Origin: Clostridia bacterium
GTDB lineage: Bacteria > Bacillota > Clostridia > Oscillospirales > UBA644
Direction of reading: 5' to 3'
DNA length: 40,090 bases
Assembly (NCBI GenBank): GCA_017441125.1
Contig: JAFSAH010000049.1
Location: 1 to 40,090 of the forward strand
Part shown: piece after piece, positions 8,532 through 17,784 of the stretch
Layout: each line of letters starts with the position of its first letter
Numbering within the stretch: the first letter of the stretch is position 1
Notes under the pieces: model-generated
Told to the model about the DNA's origin: nothing
Seen by the model: the letters and a program-made list of their open reading frames with translations, nothing else
The model's database searches: none
Program-made: the position numbers and the translations under genes

Positions 8532-9671
8532 ATGAGCGATTTTGTAATTGAAAACGGAGATTTGATCAACTATACCGGAAAAGGCGGAGATGTTGTCATC
8601 CCGGAAGGCGTCACTAAAATCGGAAGCTTCACATTTTACGGATGTGAAAATCTCCGAAGCATCGTAATTCCGGAAGGTGTTACTGAAATCGGATACAACG
8701 CATTTTACGGATGTGAAAATCTCCAAAGTTTTATTATTCCAAAAGGTGTCACAAAAATCGGACCTTTGGCTTTTTCTGGTTGTCATAATCTCAGGAGTAT
8801 TGTCATTCCGGAAAGTGTAAATGAAATCGAAATCAAAGCATTTTCCGGATGTAAAAATCTCCAAAGTGTTGTAATTCCGGAAAGTGTTAATAAAATTGGA
8901 AATGGAGCGTTTTGCGGATGTGAGAAACTTGCTGATGAAAACGGATTTGCGATAGTCCGAAATGTTCTTTACAGCTATCACGGAAATGATTCGAATGTTG
9001 TTATCCCAAAACATGTTGAAAAAATAGGAAAATCTTCATTTTTCCATTGCGAAAAACTCCAGAGTATCGTTATCCCCGAAGGAATAACCGAAATTGAGAG
9101 TTCAGCATTTGTTGGTTGTGAAAATCTCCAAAGAGTAGTTATTCCAAATAGTATTATTAAAATCGGAGAATCGATTTTTGACAGTTGCCCGAACATTTTG
9201 TACGTATATGCCGAAAAAAACATAATTAATATAATCAGCAACAAAAATATGCAAAAAACATGCGCTGTTGTTGTCACATCTTCTGAGAACAATGTTTCTT
9301 TTTTAGCTTATTGTTCAAAAGCAAAAACTGATAACTTTACCAATTTTGTTAAAACCGGTAAATGGAACGCTTATGATATCGAGCTTTTGAATAATGGACC
9401 AACATATAAATATAAACCCGGAGTCCGTTTCCTCGGCGCTCTCGGAAGGCTCAACGACCCGGTTGATTTGACCGATGAATGCAAAGAGCTTTACATGGAA
9501 CTTCTCGTTAAAAACGCGAAGAAACTCATCCCCATTGCGGAAGAAATCGACTGTCCTGAAATCGTCGAAATGATGATAAAACACGAAATTATTAACGACG
9601 GAAACAGAAAAGCCATCAACAAATTGCTTGCTGCTTCCGCAAATGAAAAAATTGCCGCTTTTGCGGAATAA
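8532..9671 (+). CDS. BspA-type LRR protein (LRR-3)
   Basis: 23-aa LRR units visible as 69-bp DNA repeats. The C-terminal ~160 aa are shared with LRR-4. Confidence 0.9.
   Translation: MSDFVIENGDLINYTGKGGDVVIPEGVTKIGSFTFYGCENLRSIVIPEGVTEIGYNAFYGCENLQSFIIPKGVTKIGPLAFSGCHNLRSIVIPESVNEIEIKAFSGCKNLQSVVIPESVNKIGNGAFCGCEKLADENGFAIVRNVLYSYHGNDSNVVIPKHVEKIGKSSFFHCEKLQSIVIPEGITEIESSAFVGCENLQRVVIPNSIIKIGESIFDSCPNILYVYAEKNIINIISNKNMQKTCAVVVTSSENNVSFLAYCSKAKTDNFTNFVKTGKWNAYDIELLNNGPTYKYKPGVRFLGALGRLNDPVDLTDECKELYMELLVKNAKKLIPIAEEIDCPEIVEMMIKHEIINDGNRKAINKLLAASANEKIAAFAE
8598..8930 (+). repeat. 69-bp tandem repeat units encoding LRRs
   Basis: CATTTTACGGATGTGAAAATCTCC occurs exactly at 8632-8655 and 8701-8724. 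About five degenerate units. Confidence 0.85.
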
Positions 9672-9682
9672 GGAGAAAAAAC

Positions 9683-10762
9683 ATGAGCGATTTTATAATT
9701 GAAAACGGAACACTTATTAAATATGCAGGAAAATCCAAGAGAGTTGAAATTCCAAAAGATGTTGCTGTAATAGGGTCGGAAGCGTTTCGTTTCTGCAGAA
9801 ATCTTCAAACTGTTGTTATTCCCGAAAGTGTAACCGAAATAGGGGACAGTGCTTTTAGTGATTGTGAGAATCTGCGAAATGTCGCTATTCCTGAAAGTAC
9901 CCAAAAAATAGGTGGCTGTGCTTTTTGGGGATGCGAAGGCCCTCAAAACATCACTATTTCAAATAATGTTACAGAAATAGGGTATGGCGCATTTTTCCAT
10001 TGTAAAAGTCTTAAAAGTATATCCGTCCCAGCAAAAGTAACTAAAATTGAGGAAGGTACTTTTAATTGGTGTGAAAACCTTGAAAATGCCGTAATTCCCG
10101 AAGGTGTTGTTAAAATCGACAAAGAAGCATTTCATTGGTGCCAAAATCTTCAAGCTGTTATTATTCCTGAAAGTGTAACAATTGTTGAGAACAGAGCATT
10201 TGATGGGTGTGAATCATTGAGAAAAATCGTTATTCCACAAAAAATTGCTAAAATCGGTGAATATGCTTTTTATGGTTGCCCCAACATTTCTTACATATAT
10301 GCCGGCGAAAACATAACCAGCATGATCAACAATAAAAACATGCAAAAAACATGTGCTACTGTTGTTACTCATTCCGAAAACGGTATAGGTTTTGTTGCTT
10401 ATTGTTCTAAGGCGAATTCGGACAATTTTACCGATTTCCTTGAAAATAATAACTGGAATGCATACGATATTGAGCTTATTAATAATGGACCTACTTACAA
10501 ATATAAACCTACTGTCCGTCTTCTCGGCGCTCTCGGAAGACTCAACGATCCGGTTGAACTGACCGACGAATGCAAAGAACTTTACGTTGAGCTTCTCGTT
10601 AAGAACGCAAAGAAACTCATCCCCATTGCGGAAGAAATCGACTGTCCCGAAATCGTCGAAATGATGATAAAACACGAAATTATTAACGACGGAAACAGAA
10701 AAGCCATCAACAAACTGCTGAAAGCTTCGGCAAACGAAAAAATTGCCGCCTTTGCGGAATAA
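9683..10762 (+). CDS. BspA-type LRR protein (LRR-4), paralog of LRR-3
   Basis: MSDFIIENG start, LRR units, and a C-terminus nearly identical to LRR-3 (...LLVKNAKKLIPIAEEIDCPEIVEMMIKHEIINDGNRKAINKLL...). Confidence 0.9.
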   Translation: MSDFIIENGTLIKYAGKSKRVEIPKDVAVIGSEAFRFCRNLQTVVIPESVTEIGDSAFSDCENLRNVAIPESTQKIGGCAFWGCEGPQNITISNNVTEIGYGAFFHCKSLKSISVPAKVTKIEEGTFNWCENLENAVIPEGVVKIDKEAFHWCQNLQAVIIPESVTIVENRAFDGCESLRKIVIPQKIAKIGEYAFYGCPNISYIYAGENITSMINNKNMQKTCATVVTHSENGIGFVAYCSKANSDNFTDFLENNNWNAYDIELINNGPTYKYKPTVRLLGALGRLNDPVELTDECKELYVELLVKNAKKLIPIAEEIDCPEIVEMMIKHEIINDGNRKAINKLLKASANEKIAAFAE

Positions 10763-10786
10763 ATTTTCATCCGAAAGGAGAAAAAC

Positions 10787-12307
10787 ATGGAAACGGATTA
10801 TGCGGAAAAATATAAAGCCATAAACGGAAACAAAATCCTTGCTTCGATGAAGCTTCTCGGTGTAGCTTTGCCGAAAGTGAAACTTAAAGACGGAACCGAA
10901 GCGCCTGCGGAACTTTTTAAGTTTATCCTTGTTTCCTATGGCCAGATGTTCAAAAAGTTAAAACCGGAAATTGTTCCGGAAGCGGACGAAGCTGCCGCTT
11001 TGCTTTCTTACGATTCTCTTTGCGAAGCAATGGAACAAGTGAGCGGAAATATGAACTGCGCCGCATACCCTTGCTTCATTCCGCTTCTTTGCCGCTTCGG
11101 AAGCGCAAAACAGATAAAATATATGATTTCCGAGTTCAAAAGATGGGGCGAATGGTCGCAATTTGGCGCAAAAGGTAGAAAAGCGCAGGATATCTTCAAA
11201 ATCTGCATTGTTCTGAGCAACACCCATGAAGCAGTCGTCTTTTGTGAAAAGCAGGGTATGCTCCCTGCATATGCAAACCTTCGGGGCGTTTCCGTTGATG
11301 ATATTTATGAAAACAATCTTTTTGACTTTGGTTTTGACGAAAACGGAATCCGCATTTTTGATCTCGGCATCGCCAAAATTGAAGTCAGCCTTACGGATGA
11401 GCTGACCCTTTTCCTTTTCAACACCGCCACCGGAAAAGAAGTGAAATCCATTCCGAAAAAGAACATTGATCCGGAAGTTTACGCGAAGGCATCCGCCGAT
11501 TTTGCGGATATGCGCCAAAATCTTAAAAAGGCCGTAAAAATCAAAAACGACAAACTTTTCAGCGACTTCATCGAAGGAACGGAATTTGAAGCGAAAAAAT
11601 GGAAAAACAGTTATTTTAAAAATCCACTCCTCAATAAAATCGGAAGCATTCTTGTCTGGTCGCAAGGAAAAAACACTTTTATTCTTAACAGAAAAAGCGT
11701 TTTCTGCGCCGACGGGACAGAATATTCCCTTACCGATGAAAAAATAAAACTTGCGCACCCCATGGAGATGAGCACCGAAGACGTCAGTGCGTGGCAAAAG
11801 TATTTTACTTCCCATAATCTGAAGCAGCCTTTCTCCCAGATCTGGGAACCGATTTATGATGAGAAAGATATCAAACCGGACAGATACAAGGATTGCAAAA
11901 TCCGCGCACTTTATCTTAAAAATCAGCAAAAACGCGGAATAAGCTGTGAATGGTATGAAGGTGAATGGTACGAATCCCATGAATTTTATATAAACGGTTT
12001 TTCTGCTGATGCAAGAGGAACCGACGAACCGGACAGGCTCGAAATTGCTGAACTTGTTCCTGAAAAGTGGAACAGAAGAGCTAATATGATTATCGCCTAT
12101 CTTGACCGCATTACGGTTTATGACAGGATAAAAAAGGACGACGCAAGCGTTATGAACCAGATGGAGCGGTTCACCCTTGCACAGATAACCGAATTTATCA
12201 GGATTGCGCAGGAAAACAACGCAACAAACGTAACGGCGCTTCTGCTCAATTATAAAAATGAAAACTTCGGCGATTTCGACCCTATGGCGGAATTCACTCT
12301 TGATTAA
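10787..12307 (+). CDS. DUF4132-domain protein with C-terminal helical module shared with the LRR proteins
   Basis: FDFGFDENG...K..KSIPK, W...Y..NPLL...LVW and IKLAHP.EM...W...F....KQPF.Q are characteristic of DUF4132. It ends ...VTALLLNYKNENF. Confidence 0.8.
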   Translation: METDYAEKYKAINGNKILASMKLLGVALPKVKLKDGTEAPAELFKFILVSYGQMFKKLKPEIVPEADEAAALLSYDSLCEAMEQVSGNMNCAAYPCFIPLLCRFGSAKQIKYMISEFKRWGEWSQFGAKGRKAQDIFKICIVLSNTHEAVVFCEKQGMLPAYANLRGVSVDDIYENNLFDFGFDENGIRIFDLGIAKIEVSLTDELTLFLFNTATGKEVKSIPKKNIDPEVYAKASADFADMRQNLKKAVKIKNDKLFSDFIEGTEFEAKKWKNSYFKNPLLNKIGSILVWSQGKNTFILNRKSVFCADGTEYSLTDEKIKLAHPMEMSTEDVSAWQKYFTSHNLKQPFSQIWEPIYDEKDIKPDRYKDCKIRALYLKNQQKRGISCEWYEGEWYESHEFYINGFSADARGTDEPDRLEIAELVPEKWNRRANMIIAYLDRITVYDRIKKDDASVMNQMERFTLAQITEFIRIAQENNATNVTALLLNYKNENFGDFDPMAEFTLD

Positions 12308-12319
12308 GGAGGAAAAAAC

Positions 12320-13807
12320 ATGAGCGATTTTGTAATTGAAAACGGAGTTCTTAAAGAATACACCGGTACAGACAAAAATGTTGTAATTCCGGACGGAGTA
12401 ACAACAATCGGAATTGCTGCTTTTATTCATAGTAATCTTACAACTGTTTCCATTCCACAAAGTGTTACTAAAATTAAAGTATGCGCTTTTTCGTGTAGCA
12501 ATCTTAAGGAAATAGCAATACCTGAAAACGTTACCGAAATTGAAGAAAGAGCTTTTATAAATTGCAAAAATTTAAAAAGCGTATTTCTTCCCTCACATTT
12601 AGAGGTTTTCGGTAAAGGAGTATTTGAAGATTGCAGCCAGACGCTTGAAATTTATTGCAACGAAAAAATTTTTACTATGCTTGATGGAAAAGCCAAAGAT
12701 AATCTGGCAATTCTTTGGCTGACTAACCAAGCAACTTTTGAGAAAAATGAAGTTGCAGCAATTGAAAAGTATATCAGCCGAACCGGAAAAAGGCTTATTT
12801 CGCTGATTTCTGGTGATGACGGTGAAGCTGCTTCAAAACTTCTAAACTGTTGTAAAATTAAACTTGAAGATCTTAATGTTTTAATTTCCGAATATAACGA
12901 TTGCAAACACAATGAAATTCTGGCAGCTCTTATGGACTATAAAAACAGAAATTATTCTGTTCAGGAAGAAGAAGCTCTGGTAAATGAAAAGCTTGAAAAA
13001 GATTTGGGAATCAAAGAGCTTACTTTAGCTGATCTTAAAAAAATCTTTAAATTTAAAGAAGTTAATGGTGCTATTTGCATCAGCGGTTATAAAGGAAACG
13101 ATTCTTTCGTCAATATTCCTGCATTTGTTGACGGAAAACCGGTAAAATCCATCCACGACAAAGCATTCCAAGGTTTAGAAGAAGTCACAACCGTTATTCT
13201 TCCCGAAGGCATAACAGATATTGGTAAAAACGCTTTTTCAGGTTGTGGCATTACCGATATCACACTTCCGGAAAGCATTGAAACTATTGGCAACAATGCT
13301 TTTTCCGGTTGTGCGTTGGAGCGAATAGTGATCCCGAATAATACCATAAGTTTGGGGTGGTTTGTTTTTGCACACTGCAATTTACTTAAAGAAGTTATTC
13401 TTCCGGATAGTCTTCAGGAAATAGGATGTTATGCGTTCCTTTTCTGCGAAGCTCTAGAAAACATTGTTCTGCCTGATGGAATTAAAAAAATCGGAACCGA
13501 AGCTTTTGCAAACTGCTGCAATTTAGCAAATGTTATACTGCCCGATTCCAAAGCAAAAATTGGAAACGGCATTTTTACAAACTGTGAAAAGCTCGAAAAA
13601 ATCGTGATTCCCAAAAACATAAAATTACTTGATAACTATGCTTTTGATGGATGCAATAAACTCAAAAAAGTCACTTTTGAAAGCGCAAAAACAAAAATTG
13701 GGGAGAATGTTTTCCGTTATTGCAAGAAAGTTGAAATCCACGCTCCTGCTGGAAGTTTTGCGGAAGCCTACGCAAAAGAAAACAACATTCCGTTTGTGGC
13801 GGAATAA
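12320..13807 (+). CDS. BspA-type LRR protein (LRR-5): LRR, central helical module, LRR
   Basis: MSDFVIENG start, central ALMDYKNRNYS...LEKDLGIKELTLADLKK, and an IHAPAGSFAEAYAKENNIPFVAE end. Confidence 0.9.
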   Translation: MSDFVIENGVLKEYTGTDKNVVIPDGVTTIGIAAFIHSNLTTVSIPQSVTKIKVCAFSCSNLKEIAIPENVTEIEERAFINCKNLKSVFLPSHLEVFGKGVFEDCSQTLEIYCNEKIFTMLDGKAKDNLAILWLTNQATFEKNEVAAIEKYISRTGKRLISLISGDDGEAASKLLNCCKIKLEDLNVLISEYNDCKHNEILAALMDYKNRNYSVQEEEALVNEKLEKDLGIKELTLADLKKIFKFKEVNGAICISGYKGNDSFVNIPAFVDGKPVKSIHDKAFQGLEEVTTVILPEGITDIGKNAFSGCGITDITLPESIETIGNNAFSGCALERIVIPNNTISLGWFVFAHCNLLKEVILPDSLQEIGCYAFLFCEALENIVLPDGIKKIGTEAFANCCNLANVILPDSKAKIGNGIFTNCEKLEKIVIPKNIKLLDNYAFDGCNKLKKVTFESAKTKIGENVFRYCKKVEIHAPAGSFAEAYAKENNIPFVAE

Positions 13808-13827
13808 AATGGTGGAAAGAGGTAACC

Positions 13828-14952
13828 ATGAAATTTTTACATTTATCAGATCTTCACATCGGAAAAAGAGTTAATGAAATTCCCATGATAGAAGACCAAA
13901 AATATATTCTTGACGAAATATTGAAAATTGCAGATGATGAAAAACCAAAAGCAGTTCTTATTTCCGGTGACGTTTATGATACCGGAGTTCCTTCTGCCGA
14001 AGCCATTTTGCTTTTTAACGAGTTTATTTGCAGCCTTGCGGAAAAAAATATCGAGATTTTGATTATAAGCGGAAACCATGACAACGCCGCAAGACTTTCG
14101 TGCTACGGAAGCCTTGTAGAAAATTCCGGTGTACATATTTCTCCTGTTTATAGCGGATCCGTAAAACCCGTTGTTCTTAATGATGAATACGGAAAAATAA
14201 GTTTCTGGATGCTGCCTTTTATAAAACCCGCAAATGTAAAAAGCGTTTTTCCGGATGCGGAAATTGAAAGCTATACCGACGCCTGCCGCATCGCTGTTGA
14301 AAATATGGATATTAATGCCGAGGAAAGAAACGTTATTCTTACTCATCAGTTTGTAACCGGCGCAAAAACCTGTGGAGACGAAGAAATCAGCGTAGGCGGA
14401 ACGGATAACGTAAGTTCTGCAGTTTTTGATGTGTTTGATTACGTTGCTCTTGGACACATTCATGGGCAGCAGAATATCGGTTCAAACCGCGTGCGTTATT
14501 GCGGAACCCCTCTTAAATATTCTTTTTCTGAAATAAAGCACCACAAAAGTGTAACCGTTGTTGAACTTAAAGAAAAAGGCAATCTTGAAATTCATCTTGT
14601 TCCGCTGAATCCGAAACACGACCTTCGTGAAATAAAAGGATTTTTTAACGTGCTTTATAACAGGGAACTTTATAGTGAAGATTATATCCATGTGATTCTT
14701 ACCGATGAAGAAGATGTTCCGGAAGCTGTCGGACGTCTTCGCACGGTTTATCCCAACATAATGCATCTAAGCTATGAAAACACAAGGACAAGCCAGAATC
14801 AAGTGATAGATTTTTCAAATGATGTGCAAAGCAAATCTCCGATAGAACTTTTTGAAGAACTTTATTTCAAACAGAACAACCGGAATATGAGCGAAGTTCA
14901 AAAGAATTTCGCAATCGAACTTATTGAGGAAATAAAGGAGGGCAAAGCATGA
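13828..14952 (+). CDS. sbcD: Nuclease SbcCD subunit D (Mre11-like metallophosphoesterase)
   Basis: HLSDLHIG, SGDVYD, SGNHD, YVALGHIHG, RYCGTPLKYSFSE. Confidence 0.95.
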   Translation: MKFLHLSDLHIGKRVNEIPMIEDQKYILDEILKIADDEKPKAVLISGDVYDTGVPSAEAILLFNEFICSLAEKNIEILIISGNHDNAARLSCYGSLVENSGVHISPVYSGSVKPVVLNDEYGKISFWMLPFIKPANVKSVFPDAEIESYTDACRIAVENMDINAEERNVILTHQFVTGAKTCGDEEISVGGTDNVSSAVFDVFDYVALGHIHGQQNIGSNRVRYCGTPLKYSFSEIKHHKSVTVVELKEKGNLEIHLVPLNPKHDLREIKGFFNVLYNRELYSEDYIHVILTDEEDVPEAVGRLRTVYPNIMHLSYENTRTSQNQVIDFSNDVQSKSPIELFEELYFKQNNRNMSEVQKNFAIELIEEIKEGKA

Positions 14953-17720
14953 GACCTTTAAAACTTATAATGTCCGCTTTCGGACCTTATGCCGGGGTTG
15001 AGGAAATAGATTTTGCTACCTTCGGAAGTTCCGGAATCTATCTTATAACGGGTGATACCGGCGCCGGAAAAACAACAATTTTTGATGCGATAACATTTGC
15101 ACTTTTCGGTAAAGCCAGCGGCGACAACAGGGAAAACGATATGCTCCGTTCAAAATATGCCGATGCAAAAACAAAAACTTTTGTTGAGCTTGATTTTGAA
15201 TATCGCGGAGAAACTTATAAAGTAACCCGCAATCCTTCCTATACCCGTCTGAAAGAACGTGGAGAAGGCGAAACAACACAGCAAGCGGAAGCAACTCTTA
15301 ATCTTCCGTCCGGAGATGTTGTTACAAAAAACGGAGACGTTACAAAAAAAATCGAAGAAATCATAGGTGTTGACTGCGATCAGTTTTCCCAGGTTGCAAT
15401 GATTTCCCAGGGAGCTTTCCGGGAACTTCTTCAGGCAAGCACCGAAGAACGCCAGAAAACTTTCCGCAAAATTTTCAAAACCGGTGATTATGAAAAACTT
15501 CAGGAAAAGCTTTCTAAAAAAGCAAACGAGGTAAGCAGGGAATGCAGTTCTGAAAACGATTCTATAAAGCAATCCATAAAAGACATTGAAATCGGAGAAG
15601 GTTCTTCTTACAAGGAAGAAGTGGAAAGTCTTAAAGAAAATTCTTTCCCTTCATGTTCGGAAGCAATTGAACTCCTGAAAAAAATAATTTCCGAAGATAC
15701 GGAGCTTAAAGAAAATATCGAGAAAACAAAAGACGAACTTTCCAAAAAGAAAGAGGTAATCATCAAAAAACTGGCGGAATCCGAAGCATACGATAATGCA
15801 AAACGCCAGTTGGATGGAAACACGGAAAAGCTTGAAAATGAAAAAATAAACCTCGAGGATTTTAAGACAAAACTTTCTGAAGCGGAAAATTCAAAACCGA
15901 GGCAAAAAGAAATATCCGAAACCATTGCGGTAATAAACGCTCTTTTGGAAGATTATGCAAAGCGCGATACCCTGATTTCCGAAAGAAAACGCGCCGAAGA
16001 GGAAAAACAGAATGAAGAAAACGCAAAGGAGAAGGCCGTTGCTGAACAGGAAAAATATAAAGCGGAATTCGATGAACTGAAAAAAGAATCCGAAATGCTC
16101 AAGGATTCTGCTGTTAATTTCGAAAAACTCGAGAACGCAAAAAGAGAACTCAATATCCGCAAAGAAAAATACGAAACGCTCATAACGGATATCAAAAATT
16201 ACAATCGGGAAAAAGAACTTCTCACCAAAAAACAGGATGCTTATGCTGAGGCTGCCAAAGAATGCGAACATCTTGGAAATGAATACAGCAGAAGAAACAG
16301 CGCTTTCCTTGATGAACAGGCCGGAATAATTGCTTCGAACCTTACCGACGGAATTCCTTGCCCCGTTTGCGGTTCTATTCACCACCCGAACCTTGCACAG
16401 CTTTCCGAAAACGCTCCGACAGAAGCGGAAGTTAAAGCATCAAAAAAACTTTATGAAGAGGCAAACAAAAAATCCTCTGAACTCAGTTTGGAGGCCGGAA
16501 AGCAAAACGGAATTGTTGAAACCGCTAAAAAGGCAATTGAAGACAAACTTTCCGAGCTTCTTTGCGGAATACTTTTTGAAGAAGCAGAATCTGCCACAAA
16601 AGAAAAAATCTGTGCTTTAAACGAAGAATTTGATGGTTTGGAAAAGCAATCACGTTCCGAAAAAGAAAACGCAGAAAGAAAAAAGGAACTTGACGAAAAT
16701 CTTATTCCGAAAGCAGAAAACACAGTTAAAGCGGCGGAAGAAAAATATCGCGAAGCTGATAAAAACATCGGAATGCTTTCTGAAAAAATAAAAAGCTTTA
16801 TTGAACAGACGGAAGATCTTAACAAAAAACTTGAATTCAAGGACAAAGCAGAGGCGGAAGCAAAAATCGAAGTTCTTGATGCTGAACGCCGGAAACTTGA
16901 AGAAACATATAATGCAGCAAAAAAAGAGTGTGATGATTGCCAGAACAGAATTTTCGTTCTTTCCGGAAGCATCGAACAGCTTGAAAAACAGCTTGAAAAA
17001 GCTCCGGATATCGGAACAGATGACCTTAAATCAGAACAGGGAAGAATTGAAGTTTCGCTTTCTGATGCCGAGGGTGATTTTGGTGCTGTAAATACCAGAA
17101 TCGCAATAAACGGTAAAATCCGGGATGAAATTTCTCATAAGTCGAAGAAAATTGAAGAACTTCGCGAAAAAGAATCCTGGCTCAGAGCGCTTTCCGATAC
17201 CGCAAACGGAAATCTTTCTCAGAAGAAAGAAAAAATCACACTTGAAACTTATATACAGACTTCCTATTTTGACAGAATACTTCGCCATGCGAATATACGT
17301 CTTCAAAAAATGTCCGGAGGACAGTATGATTTTGTCAGAAAAGAAAAAGCGGACCAGTTCAAATCCAAGTCCGGACTTGAACTGAACATCATCGACCACG
17401 TTAACGCGACGGAACGCAGCGTAAACACCCTTTCCGGCGGTGAATCCTTCCTTGCCTCCCTTGCGCTGGCGCTTGGACTTTCCGACGAGGTACAGATGTC
17501 CACAGGCATTCGCATAGATACTCTCTTCATTGATGAAGGATTCGGTTCCCTTGACCCGGAAGCTCTCCGTAAAGCATACAACACTCTTGCAAGCCTTACC
17601 GAAGGCAACCGCCTTATCGGAATAATTTCCCACGTTTCGGAACTTAAAGAACGCGTCGATAAACAAATCGTTGTCAAAAAAGATAAATCCGGCGGAAGCA
17701 GCGCAAAAGTCGTTGTTTAA
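14949..17720 (+). CDS. sbcC: Nuclease SbcCD subunit C (Rad50-like SMC ATPase)
   Basis: GDTGAGKT, coiled coils, Zn-hook CPVCGS, LSGGE, FIDEGFGSLD, ISHV; ATGA overlap with sbcD. Confidence 0.95.
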   Translation: MRPLKLIMSAFGPYAGVEEIDFATFGSSGIYLITGDTGAGKTTIFDAITFALFGKASGDNRENDMLRSKYADAKTKTFVELDFEYRGETYKVTRNPSYTRLKERGEGETTQQAEATLNLPSGDVVTKNGDVTKKIEEIIGVDCDQFSQVAMISQGAFRELLQASTEERQKTFRKIFKTGDYEKLQEKLSKKANEVSRECSSENDSIKQSIKDIEIGEGSSYKEEVESLKENSFPSCSEAIELLKKIISEDTELKENIEKTKDELSKKKEVIIKKLAESEAYDNAKRQLDGNTEKLENEKINLEDFKTKLSEAENSKPRQKEISETIAVINALLEDYAKRDTLISERKRAEEEKQNEENAKEKAVAEQEKYKAEFDELKKESEMLKDSAVNFEKLENAKRELNIRKEKYETLITDIKNYNREKELLTKKQDAYAEAAKECEHLGNEYSRRNSAFLDEQAGIIASNLTDGIPCPVCGSIHHPNLAQLSENAPTEAEVKASKKLYEEANKKSSELSLEAGKQNGIVETAKKAIEDKLSELLCGILFEEAESATKEKICALNEEFDGLEKQSRSEKENAERKKELDENLIPKAENTVKAAEEKYREADKNIGMLSEKIKSFIEQTEDLNKKLEFKDKAEAEAKIEVLDAERRKLEETYNAAKKECDDCQNRIFVLSGSIEQLEKQLEKAPDIGTDDLKSEQGRIEVSLSDAEGDFGAVNTRIAINGKIRDEISHKSKKIEELREKESWLRALSDTANGNLSQKKEKITLETYIQTSYFDRILRHANIRLQKMSGGQYDFVRKEKADQFKSKSGLELNIIDHVNATERSVNTLSGGESFLASLALALGLSDEVQMSTGIRIDTLFIDEGFGSLDPEALRKAYNTLASLTEGNRLIGIISHVSELKERVDKQIVVKKDKSGGSSAKVVV

Positions 17721-17778
17721 AACCGCATTAGCATCAAACAAAAAAGCCCCCGTGCTCAAATGAGCACGGGGGGTCTTG
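17721..17778. terminator. Bidirectional terminator; second copy of the 2441-2499 repeat
   Basis: AACCGCATTAGCATCAAACAAAAAAGCCCCCGTGCTCAAATGAGCACGGGGG vs AACCGCATGAGCATCAAACAAAAAAGCACCCGTGCTCAATATGAGCACGGGTG. Confidence 0.8.
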
Positions 17779-17784
17779 TTATCG

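Noticed and set aside
9420-10762. LRR-3/LRR-4 duplicated tails as a DGR template/variable repeat pair
   Set aside because: Differences are mostly synonymous and not adenine-specific, both copies are coding, and there is no reverse transcriptase in the window.
7355-13807. Repeated 36-43-bp junction sequences as a CRISPR array or integron attC sites
   Set aside because: Spacing is ~1-5 kb, the repeats are coding ends plus RBS, they are not palindromic, and no cas or integrase gene is present.
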